Shown here: in pieces, positions 1-8,406 of the stretch
How positions within the stretch are numbered: the stretch's first letter is position 1
Layout of the letters: each line of letters opens with the position of its first letter
Source of the DNA: Candidatus Uhrbacteria bacterium
GTDB lineage: Bacteria; Patescibacteriota; Patescibacteriia; UBA9934
NCBI GenBank assembly: GCA_018664485.1
Contig: JABJOE010000004.1
Span: 1-42,647 of the forward strand
Direction of reading: 5' to 3'
Length of the DNA: 42,647 nucleotides
The notes under the pieces: model-generated
Told to the model about the DNA's origin: nothing
The model's database searches: none
What the model saw: only the letters and a program-made list of their open reading frames with translations
Translations under genes and position numbers: made by a program

Positions 1-3
1 ATC

Positions 4-80
4 TGTCGGCTTATGGGTCCCGACACACTTCGTCAACGTACCTTTAGTACGTATCCTAGTGTGCCACCCATGCACCGAAA
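4..80. repeat. Dispersed structured repeat (bulged long hairpin), copy 1; possibly truncated by the window edge
   Basis: TGTCGGCTTATGGGTCCCGACACACTTCGTCAACGTAC...GTACGTATCCTAGTGTGCCACCCATGCACCGAAA is near-identical to 16777-16854; nested stems TCGG/CCGA, ATGGGT/ACCCAT, CACACT/AGTGTG, ACGTAC/GTACGT. Confidence 0.85.
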
Positions 81-388
81 TCTCATCCAACAAAATGCAG
101 AGATCTACGATGTGGGCGACTTGCGGGGTCGTAACCCCGGTACTCGATGTCGTACAGTAGGTACGACTTACTTTATTCCTCGCTATTCACCCGTACCTCA
201 TTCAATACAGTTAGCAGATACGATTTATTTTACTTCGCTCCTCGCTACGCACTGATATCTCATCCCATATAATGGACAGGGTTATATGTTGGCGACCTTT
301 TGGCTTGCGGGTTAGATTTAGCTGCGTAGCCATACAGATACCTTATTTTTGTTGTACGTAGACCTGTCGCGATAGCTTCACAAGGACC

Positions 389-417
389 TTGATTATTTAG
401 GAGGAATCGTTTAACCT
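389..417 (+). promoter_or_regulatory. sigma70-type promoter, probably leaderless transcript
   Basis: TTGATT-17 nt-TAACCT, 8 nt upstream of ATG 426. Confidence 0.5.
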
Positions 418-425
418 AGGTCTAT

Positions 426-1100
426 ATGACTAAGAAAAATACACTTTTTGTAGTAGCGGTTCTTGTGTTGATTGTTATTTTTGGCATTCAATGGCAGGGG
501 GGTACTACATCACAAGAGTTAGTTACACAGGTTGATGTTCAGATAGAGGATGATCTTAGGTTCTTTATTGAAAATGAACTAAATGTTTGGGAGTCGGCAC
601 TTGCGGCCCATGATCGTGTAGGTGCAGAGCCAGATTTAAATCTACTTCTATTAGTTGCCTTCAACGCTAAGCATTTAGGGAACCTAGAGCTTGCAAAGGA
701 GACATATGATAGATATTTTGAGACGCATACTACAAACTACACAGTTTACAGTAACTATGGTAGCGTTCTTAGATTGATGGGTGATTTGGAGGGTTCTGCA
801 AGGGCCTATAGACAGGCTATAGCACTTGATCCAGACATAGAGGCTTTTTATATGAGTCTGGTTCGCGTTTTGGATGAAATGGGACTTCACGAGGAGGTAG
901 AGGATGTGTACAAAGATGCGATTAATGAGATCGGTCAGACGAGAGCGCTTTTAGTGGCTTTAGCTGAGTGGTACGAAGAGCAGGGTGATTGTGAGAAGGC
1001 GATCAGTCATTATGAAGTAGCATTTGATTTAGCTGAAACTGAGGGTATTGCAGATGCTGTAGCGAAAGACCTGGCTGCTGTTGAAGCATCTTGCAAGTAG
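426..1100 (+). CDS. Tetratricopeptide-repeat protein with N-terminal signal/TM anchor
   Basis: Hydrophobic N-terminus; TPR-like motifs (YSNYGSVLRLMGDLEGSARAYRQAIALDP, LAEWYEEQGDCEKAISHYEVA). Confidence 0.8.
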   Translation: MTKKNTLFVVAVLVLIVIFGIQWQGGTTSQELVTQVDVQIEDDLRFFIENELNVWESALAAHDRVGAEPDLNLLLLVAFNAKHLGNLELAKETYDRYFETHTTNYTVYSNYGSVLRLMGDLEGSARAYRQAIALDPDIEAFYMSLVRVLDEMGLHEEVEDVYKDAINEIGQTRALLVALAEWYEEQGDCEKAISHYEVAFDLAETEGIADAVAKDLAAVEASCK

Positions 1101-1148
1101 TAACAGTATCTTGCGCCATATCGCGCTACAATATGATAAAATAGATCC

Positions 1149-2831
1149 GTGCATTTAGCAGGAATAACTAGGTTCCAGCGCGCGGTGACGATTGGACTCA
1201 TCGGCCTTTTATGGCTGAGTCCAATCTTTTTGTTTGCGAAAGAACCTAATGACGAAGATTTTGATGAACAGTGGTATTTGGAACAGGTTGATTCTACAGG
1301 CGCATGGGATGATGAAACAGGATCATCTAACGTTGTTATTGCTGTTTTAGATACAGGAGTATTCCTCGAGCATCCGGATCTGCAGCCTAATATTTGGCAG
1401 AATGACGGGGAGATTCCAGATAACGGAATAGATGATGACGGAAACGGATTCATCGATGATATATCTGGATGGGATTTTGTTGATGAGGATAATGACGCAA
1501 ACCCTGACGTAAGCGCTGACGCGGATGTGAGTGCAATATCTCACGGCACAGTCATCGCCGGTATTATTGGAGCGCAAGGAAATAATGCGGAGGGGGTTAC
1601 GGGTGTTATGTGGGATGTGGAAATTATGTCCGTGCGCATGCTTGATAAGGATGGTGTTGGAAGCTCTATTGATGCTGCAAGTGCTGTCTACTATGCGATT
1701 GATAATGGGGCTGACGTAATAAACTTAAGTTTTTCAGGTGAGGTAAATGATCCAAAATTAAAAGAGGCTATTGGAGAGGCGTATGATGCTGGAGTTGTTG
1801 TTGTGGCTGCGCTCGGTAATGAATCAAAGAATGTTGATAACAATCCAGTATATCCAGCTTGTTATAAGAACGGGTCTGAAGATTGGGTGATCGGTGTAGC
1901 TGCGACAACTAAGGATGATAAAAAGTCTACATTTTCAAACTACGGAAAAAATTGTACAGACATTAGTGCTCCCGGAGAGAGTATGTATAACGTCCAGTAC
2001 TATGAATTAGGTACGTCTGACGATGCATATGCTGGCGGATGGAGTGGTACCTCGGTAGCCTCACCGGTCGTTGCAGGTGCGGCGGGACTATTGTTGTCGG
2101 CATACCCAAGTCTTACGCCAGAAGATGTCCGAACTGTTTTAAAATTATCAGTTGATCCATTGAATAATGGAGAGTTTGTAAATAGGCTTGGAGCAGGACG
2201 TTTGAATATTGAAACAGCACTTTCTGTTGCTGCAAGTTTTGTCGATGAAGAAGATGAATCTGATGAGGATGAAGACGAAGATGAGGGAGACGAAGTATTA
2301 GATCCACTACTTGTAGTTGAGGCAGGCGAGGGTGTGTCTCCAGTAACGGGTGAACCTGAGGAAGTTACCGAGGTCTATTCCGGTGACTATATTACGAGCC
2401 CATCATATTCAACCGTTTACTATGTGACGCAAGACGGTGCGCGCCGACCGTTCATGGATGCAAAAACATTCTTTACTTACGAAGATTCGTTTGATGCTGT
2501 AAAAGAAGTAACGGATGCGACATTGCCTGAGCTTTCATTCGCAGGCTTGATGCTACCAAAGGCTGGCGTGGTGCTTGTGAAGATTCAGAGCGCGTCGACC
2601 GTTTATGCATTGGCAGAAAATAGCGACGATCCGTTCGCCCCGGCTTTGCGAGAAATCGAAACTGAGGAGATTGCAAATGCTTTGTATGGAAGTAACTGGG
2701 CGGATTATGTGATCGATGTTGAGTCTACGTTCTTTGGAAAATTTGCATCAGAAGATCCGATGGAGGATGATGAAGATGTTGATAAAACTATTATGAAAAC
2801 GCGAGCTGAATTAACAGCGCTTGCTCAATAA
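1149..2831 (+). CDS. Secreted S8 subtilisin-like serine protease with acidic linker and C-terminal surface domain
   Basis: Catalytic motifs VAVLDTG-like (IAVLDTG), HGTVIAG, GTSVASPVVAG; Ca-loop DNGIDDDGNGFIDD; signal peptide; GTG start 6 nt after extended -10 TGATAAAAT. Confidence 0.92.
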   Translation: MHLAGITRFQRAVTIGLIGLLWLSPIFLFAKEPNDEDFDEQWYLEQVDSTGAWDDETGSSNVVIAVLDTGVFLEHPDLQPNIWQNDGEIPDNGIDDDGNGFIDDISGWDFVDEDNDANPDVSADADVSAISHGTVIAGIIGAQGNNAEGVTGVMWDVEIMSVRMLDKDGVGSSIDAASAVYYAIDNGADVINLSFSGEVNDPKLKEAIGEAYDAGVVVVAALGNESKNVDNNPVYPACYKNGSEDWVIGVAATTKDDKKSTFSNYGKNCTDISAPGESMYNVQYYELGTSDDAYAGGWSGTSVASPVVAGAAGLLLSAYPSLTPEDVRTVLKLSVDPLNNGEFVNRLGAGRLNIETALSVAASFVDEEDESDEDEDEDEGDEVLDPLLVVEAGEGVSPVTGEPEEVTEVYSGDYITSPSYSTVYYVTQDGARRPFMDAKTFFTYEDSFDAVKEVTDATLPELSFAGLMLPKAGVVLVKIQSASTVYALAENSDDPFAPALREIETEEIANALYGSNWADYVIDVESTFFGKFASEDPMEDDEDVDKTIMKTRAELTALAQ

Positions 2832-2840
2832 TATATACGT

Positions 2841-3848
2841 ATGTCTGATAAGCCAATTGCAGTAGTAGCGGGAGGTGCCGGTTTTATTGGTTCTTTCCTG
2901 TGTGAAGCTTTGTTGAAAGAGGGCAAGAGAGTGATTTGTATTGATAACTTTAGTACCAGTCATGTTCGAAACATCGAGCCTTATTTGAGACATGCAGATT
3001 TTCAATTTCTTCGTCTTGATATTAACGAGCCGATTGATCTAGAATCTTTTGCCGAGCTTGAGCCTTTCAAGGTTAAGTTTTCGGGCGTGCAGGAGATTTA
3101 CCATTTAGCAGTTCCAACGTCTATAAAACACTTTGATGACTATAGAATTCAAACTTTGCTATCAAGCTCAATTGGTACAAAGAATATTTTAGATTTGGCC
3201 GTGAAGTACAAGGCGCGCGTTCTTCTTGCGTCTAGTTCCGTGGTTTACGGTGGGCGTACGAAAGACGTTACGGTTTTTCAAGAGGATTACAGAGGTATAG
3301 TCGATCATCTTACTCCGCGTGCATGTTATGACGAGGGTAAGCGGTTTGCCGAGACTATGTTTTACACGTATGCGCAGGCGCAGGGGGTTGAGTCACGTAT
3401 TGCTCGAATTTTTAGAACTTACGGACCTCGTATGCCACTCTTTGATGGGCATCAGATTCCGGACTTCATTATGTCTGCATTGAATGACGAAGAAGTAGTA
3501 ATCAATGGAAACAAAGATTTCAAAACATCTATGGTTTACGTGACCGATGTTGTTGATGGTCTTATGCGTTTGATGAAAGCTAAATCAGATCCGGGTCCAG
3601 TGAATATTGGAAGTGACGTTGATTTGTTGTTGGCGGATGTTGCAAAGAAAATTGTTGAAATGTCTAATTCGTCATCTGAGATTATCTTTAAAGATGAGCT
3701 GTTGTTTTTGACAGAGATTGGACTACCATCAATCGTTAAGGTGAAAGAAAAATTGTCTTGGTTCCCGGTTGTGCTTTTGGATGACGGACTTAAGAAAACT
3801 ATTGATTATATTCGAGCAAACAAGATTTTGCTCACAAACGGGTCGTAG
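2841..3848 (+). CDS. NAD-dependent epimerase/dehydratase, UDP-glucuronate decarboxylase (Uxs)-like
   Basis: GGAGFIG Rossmann motif; RACYDEGKRFAET (YxxxK); RIFRTYGPRM. Confidence 0.88.
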   Translation: MSDKPIAVVAGGAGFIGSFLCEALLKEGKRVICIDNFSTSHVRNIEPYLRHADFQFLRLDINEPIDLESFAELEPFKVKFSGVQEIYHLAVPTSIKHFDDYRIQTLLSSSIGTKNILDLAVKYKARVLLASSSVVYGGRTKDVTVFQEDYRGIVDHLTPRACYDEGKRFAETMFYTYAQAQGVESRIARIFRTYGPRMPLFDGHQIPDFIMSALNDEEVVINGNKDFKTSMVYVTDVVDGLMRLMKAKSDPGPVNIGSDVDLLLADVAKKIVEMSNSSSEIIFKDELLFLTEIGLPSIVKVKEKLSWFPVVLLDDGLKKTIDYIRANKILLTNGS

Positions 3849-3856
3849 CATGAATA

Positions 3857-3950
3857 TGGGCCGTGAGCTCGCATCATCAGCTTCCGTTGGTCGGCCACTT
3901 TAGAACTTTGCCGTACCAGCCGGCGGTCTGATAATCCAAGCTTCGGCCTA
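3857..3950. other. Intergenic long bulged hairpin
   Basis: Nested complementary blocks TGGGCCG/CGGCCTA, GAGCT/AGCTT, ATCAG/CTGAT, GTTGGT/ACCAGC, CGGC/GCCG. Confidence 0.55.
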
Positions 3951-3996
3951 CTGCTCTTTGGCTTGACCCGGTTGCTCGCTTTGATAGGGTATAGAT

Positions 3997-4674
3997 ATGA
4001 AGGTAGTTGCAGTTATTCCAGCATATAATGAACAAGGTCGTATTGGCGCTGCTGTGCGCGATGCGGCCATGTTTTGCTCAAATGTGGTAGTAGTTGACGA
4101 TTATTCCGCTGATAACGGAGGTGAGGAGGCTCGTGAGGCTGGGGCGCATGTTTTGCGGCATATTATCAATAGGGGTCAGGGCGCATCGCTTCAAACCGGC
4201 ACAGACTATGCAGTGGCGCATTTGGAGGCCGACGTGGTAGTTCATTTCGATGCAGATGGACAGATGCAGGGTAAGGATATTCCAGAGATGGTGAAGCCGA
4301 TAATAGAGGGTGAGGCCGACATTGTTCTTGGATCACGCTTTCTTGGAGTGAAGGCGAATATACCGATAACCCGATGGGTTGTACTCAAGCTCGGTCTTTT
4401 ATTCACGATGGCTGTGTCAGGAATTCGAGTTACGGATACTCATAATGGATTCCGTGCGCTCTCTCGTCATGCAGCAACGTCTATGCGGATTACATTAGAT
4501 CGCATGGCCCACGCTTCAGAAGTATTGGACTTGATAAAAATGAGAAACCTAAGACACGTAGAGCGGCCGGTTGACATTCGTTATTCAGAAGAGACATTAG
4601 CGAAAGGGCAGTCGTCTTTGGGCGCTATCACAATTGTTAAAGATATTCTAAAGGGTAAGTTTTTCGATATATGA
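3997..4674 (+). CDS. GT2 glycosyltransferase, DPM1/polyprenol-phosphate glycosyltransferase-like
   Basis: VIPAYNE, VVVDD, NRGQG, HFDADGQ, GSRF, DTHNGFR motifs. Confidence 0.9.
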   Translation: MKVVAVIPAYNEQGRIGAAVRDAAMFCSNVVVVDDYSADNGGEEAREAGAHVLRHIINRGQGASLQTGTDYAVAHLEADVVVHFDADGQMQGKDIPEMVKPIIEGEADIVLGSRFLGVKANIPITRWVVLKLGLLFTMAVSGIRVTDTHNGFRALSRHAATSMRITLDRMAHASEVLDLIKMRNLRHVERPVDIRYSEETLAKGQSSLGAITIVKDILKGKFFDI

Positions 4675-5003
4675 TTTTTCAAATTATTCTAGTTGCGTTT
4701 GCTCTGTTTGCTATCGCGCATGTATTTCGTCAGCACCGTAAGCAGAAGGTGAGCGTTCATTGGCTTGTGATGTGGACAATCCTTTGGTTGCTTGTTATTG
4801 GTGCAGCAATGGCTCCGCAGACGACAGATATACTTGCCCAAAAGTTGGGCGTTGAGAGAGGTGCTGACCTTATTGTATACAGTGCCGTGGTTATCTTGAT
4901 ATACGGAATGTACCGAATGTATGTTCGCGTTGGTAGAGTCGAGCGAGAGATGACTGAACTTGTAAGAAAAGTGGCTATCGATAAAGCTGATAAACCAGAG
5001 TAG
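4671..5003 (+). CDS. DUF2304-like small membrane protein
   Basis: 3 TM segments, LGVERGADL motif, C-terminal ELVRKVAI; typical partner downstream of DPM1-like GT2; ATGA overlap. Confidence 0.75.
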   Translation: MIFQIILVAFALFAIAHVFRQHRKQKVSVHWLVMWTILWLLVIGAAMAPQTTDILAQKLGVERGADLIVYSAVVILIYGMYRMYVRVGRVEREMTELVRKVAIDKADKPE

Positions 5004-5013
5004 AAACATTTTT

Positions 5014-6093
5014 GTGCAACCACGTGTAGCGATTATATATCTTTGTTATGGGAACCTCAGGCATCTGTCCGAGGTTGTTTCTTCGTGGGCTGAGCAGGAA
5101 TATCCAAAAGATAGAACAGCGATTGTCATGATTCCAAATGGTTCTCCTGACGGCATAGCTGATGTTATTCGCTCCGAAGTTTTGCCACGTGCCGGGAAGG
5201 ATTTGCCTAACGAATTGGTTTTATTAGATAACGGTGAGAACGGTGGATTTGCAGCAGGAAATAACCAGGGCATACGTTGGGCGCAAGATAACGGGTATGA
5301 TTACGTGTATCTCAATAACGGTGATTTAAAATTAGACCCACACACTATCAGTCATGTTGTTGATATGGCAGAGTCTGATGATAATGTCGGAGCTGTACAA
5401 TCTTTAGTTTTGTTCTGGGATGATCACGAAAAAGTGAATACGACAGGAGGGATGATCCATATTGGCGGGTACGGCTATGCTCGCGATAATGGAAGGCAAC
5501 TAAGTGAAATTGATAGAAAAGATGGTGAAGAGATCATGTATCCGTCAGGTGCCGCTACCTTGTATCGAGTGTCAGCACTTAACAAAGTAGGTTTGTTGGA
5601 GGAGGGGTTTTTCATGTATCACGAAGATTTGGAGCTTGGACTAAGGTTGCGCATTGCTGGATTTAAAAATCTTCTTTCAATGAAGTCAAGAACGTTTCAT
5701 GATTATCAATTTTCTCGGAACCCCAAGAAGTTCCAGTGGATGGAGACTTATAGATGGGTTGTGATGGTAGCGTATTTAAAGCCGATGAGTGTTTTGCTGT
5801 GGATTCCGTTTGCGGTATTTATTGAGTTGGGCTCTTGGGCAATGTCGATAAAAGGAGGATGGGTTGGGTCGAAGTGGAAATCATTTTGTGACATAAATCG
5901 TGTGTCTACCATAAAACTAATACACAAGATCAAGTCCAGACAAAGGCAAGTTCGCGTTATCAAAGATAGGGATTGGTTACGCGATGTTACAGGGAAGATC
6001 GAAGACCAAGAAACGGAGTCGACTTTAATGAGAGTTGCAAACGCGGTAATCGATCCGTTGTGGCGTTTGGTACGTACTGTTATTTTTTGGTAG
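5014..6093 (+). CDS. GT2 glycosyltransferase (WbbL/rhamnosyltransferase-like)
   Basis: NGGFAAGNNQG, YLNNGD, SGAATLYR, FFMYHEDLELGLR motifs; GTG start. Confidence 0.85.
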   Translation: MQPRVAIIYLCYGNLRHLSEVVSSWAEQEYPKDRTAIVMIPNGSPDGIADVIRSEVLPRAGKDLPNELVLLDNGENGGFAAGNNQGIRWAQDNGYDYVYLNNGDLKLDPHTISHVVDMAESDDNVGAVQSLVLFWDDHEKVNTTGGMIHIGGYGYARDNGRQLSEIDRKDGEEIMYPSGAATLYRVSALNKVGLLEEGFFMYHEDLELGLRLRIAGFKNLLSMKSRTFHDYQFSRNPKKFQWMETYRWVVMVAYLKPMSVLLWIPFAVFIELGSWAMSIKGGWVGSKWKSFCDINRVSTIKLIHKIKSRQRQVRVIKDRDWLRDVTGKIEDQETESTLMRVANAVIDPLWRLVRTVIFW

Positions 6094-6097
6094 TGAT

Positions 6098-7189
6098 ATG
6101 AAAATTGGAATGGTAACACCAGTTTACCCTCCGTACCGAGGCGGTATCGGTGAGGTGGCACGAAGAGAGTCCCGGGCTCTGCGAGAGCGAGGTTTAGATG
6201 TTGAGGTATTTATACCCACTCCGGACAAAGAATATATTCCAAAGGATGACGGTGTGACAATCGTTAAGCCTTTTTGGCGGAATGGCCACACGTCTATTTT
6301 ACCGCAACTTTTTTGGAAACTTCGTAATGTGGATAGTATTTATTTACACTATCCGTTTTATGGGGCGGAGATATTTTCGCTATTAGCGGCGGTTGTTTGG
6401 CGAAAGGATTTGATTTTACGCTATCATATGCAGGCTAATGTTAGGGGGTGGCGTAAAGCTGTATTTTATATTCACCGCTTACTTCTTGAACCGATTATTT
6501 TCAAAGCTTCTCGTGCCGTTTTTGTTAGTTCACTAGACTATGCAAATTCAACAGGGGTGCGTACAGGTAAGATGAGAGAGATTCCATTTGGTGTAGATAC
6601 ATCTTTGTTTGCTCCTCGAAAAACAAAGGGTAATGAGGGGGTCGCGTTTTTATTTGTTGGAGGAATGGACAGGCCGCATTATTTTAAGGGAGTCCCAACT
6701 CTTTTGAAGGCACTTGCAACACTTCCAGACACACCTTGGAGCCTGACGTTGATTGGGGATGGGGAGTTGCGTTCGTCATACGAAGATTTGGCACGTACAT
6801 ATGATGTTCAGGATCGAGTTAAGTTTTTAGGGAGCTGCACTCAGGAGGATCTAATAGATGAGTTCCAAAAAGCAGATGTACATATCTTGCCGTCTGTTAA
6901 TCAGTCAGAGGCATTTGGCCTAGTTACGCTCGAGGCTGCGGCATGCGGATCTGCGTCTATTGTGAGTGATTTGCCAGGTGTCCGAACACTCGTAAAAGAC
7001 GGTGAAACTGGATATATTGTAAAACCAGGGCATGTTGGGGATCTGAGTGCAGCGTTGATTAAATGTTTAGGGGATAGACAGAACGTGGCTAAGATGGGCC
7101 AAGAAGCACGCAGTATGATCGAGCAAAAGTATTCAGAAGACAAGGTTATGGATGTATTATTTGAGCAATATAGTAAGATAACATCATGA
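6098..7189 (+). CDS. GT4 glycosyltransferase
   Basis: PFGVD, FVGG...KG, EAFGLVTLEAAACG (ExxxxxxxE) motif. Confidence 0.9.
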   Translation: MKIGMVTPVYPPYRGGIGEVARRESRALRERGLDVEVFIPTPDKEYIPKDDGVTIVKPFWRNGHTSILPQLFWKLRNVDSIYLHYPFYGAEIFSLLAAVVWRKDLILRYHMQANVRGWRKAVFYIHRLLLEPIIFKASRAVFVSSLDYANSTGVRTGKMREIPFGVDTSLFAPRKTKGNEGVAFLFVGGMDRPHYFKGVPTLLKALATLPDTPWSLTLIGDGELRSSYEDLARTYDVQDRVKFLGSCTQEDLIDEFQKADVHILPSVNQSEAFGLVTLEAAACGSASIVSDLPGVRTLVKDGETGYIVKPGHVGDLSAALIKCLGDRQNVAKMGQEARSMIEQKYSEDKVMDVLFEQYSKITS

Positions 7190-8397
7190 AAATCGGAATA
7201 ATCTCTAATTTATACCCGCCATATCAACGAGGAGGTGCCGAGAACGTTGTGGTGCGTACAGTCGAGTCCCTCGTGAATATGGGGCACGATGTTTTTGTCA
7301 TATCTGGACGACCGAGAAAAGAGACTAATCAAATTGATTTTGATAAAAATACAGCAGAGAGAATCTATAGATTTTTTCCTCCGAATGTTTATTTTCTTTT
7401 AGATGATCATAAATACATGTGGCCAATCCGTTTGGTTTGGCACGTCATTGATACTCTTTCCGGTTTTGGAAAGCGAAGGATTGGGAATATTCTAGACAAT
7501 GAAGAGCCAGATATTGTTATCACTCATAACCTTAAGGGGATCGGTCTACGTATTCCTCAAGCTATCCAGTCACGTAATATTCCGCATGTTCATGTAATGC
7601 ATGATTTGCAGTTAGTCATTCCGTCTGGTTTGGTGATTGCAGGAAAGGAGAAGTTATCGATTTTTTCAAAAGCATCTTACAAGGTTTATCAGGCTTTATG
7701 TAAATGGGCCTTTGGATTACCGAACTTGGTATTATTCCCATCAAATTTTTTGTTGGACTATTACAAGAAGAATAATTTTTTCGGTAAATCAGATTGTGTT
7801 GTAATGCAGAACCCAGCGCCTGATTTTAAACCTACAGCTCGCGCAAGGCGTACTCCAGGTCCATTGCGATTACTATTCGTAGGGCAACTTGAAAGTCACA
7901 AAGGTATAGAGTTTTTAATGAACGCTTATGAAAAGCTTTCTTTCCCTGCTCAACTTATTATTGCGGGTGAAGGTACGATGAGAGATGAGGTCAGACGTCG
8001 TGCAAAGCTTGATAAAAGTGTTAGTTACCTAGGATATATTTCAACTTCACAGCTTGTAAACTGCCTTGGTGTCGTCGATGCTGTAGTTGTTCCGTCGTTG
8101 TGTTATGAGAACTCTCCAACAGTTATATACGAGGCGTTAGAGGCTGGAATTCCTGTTTTAGCGTCTGACATTGGTGGGGTGGGAGAACTTGTTCAGGACG
8201 GTAGGAACGGTTTTTTGTTCAAGCCAGGGTCGCAGGAGAGCTTTATTGAGAAAATGGAAGTGATGGATAGTAAAAAGGAAATTTTCTTCCGTGCGCAAGA
8301 TGATATTGCACGCACAGTAGCTCCCTATGCTTTGAAAATTTATACTGATGCACTCGTAAATAAATTGAAAGAGGTTATTAATTCTAAGAAGGCTTAG
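7186..8397 (+). CDS. GT4 glycosyltransferase
   Basis: GGAE N-terminal motif, FVGQLESHKG, ENSPTVIYEALEAG; ATGA overlap. Confidence 0.9.
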   Translation: MKIGIISNLYPPYQRGGAENVVVRTVESLVNMGHDVFVISGRPRKETNQIDFDKNTAERIYRFFPPNVYFLLDDHKYMWPIRLVWHVIDTLSGFGKRRIGNILDNEEPDIVITHNLKGIGLRIPQAIQSRNIPHVHVMHDLQLVIPSGLVIAGKEKLSIFSKASYKVYQALCKWAFGLPNLVLFPSNFLLDYYKKNNFFGKSDCVVMQNPAPDFKPTARARRTPGPLRLLFVGQLESHKGIEFLMNAYEKLSFPAQLIIAGEGTMRDEVRRRAKLDKSVSYLGYISTSQLVNCLGVVDAVVVPSLCYENSPTVIYEALEAGIPVLASDIGGVGELVQDGRNGFLFKPGSQESFIEKMEVMDSKKEIFFRAQDDIARTVAPYALKIYTDALVNKLKEVINSKKA

Positions 8398-8406
8398 TAG
8401 TTAAGT

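Noticed and set aside
13-255. 80-aa ORF at the window start
   Set aside because: Overlies the structured repeat; the homologous copy at 16777 has ACG instead of ATG, and the protein has no recognisable features.
2243-2295. GATGAA-rich tract in the S8 protease as a DNA repeat element
   Set aside because: Explained by an acidic low-complexity linker (DEEDESDEDEDEDEGDE) with mixed synonymous codons.
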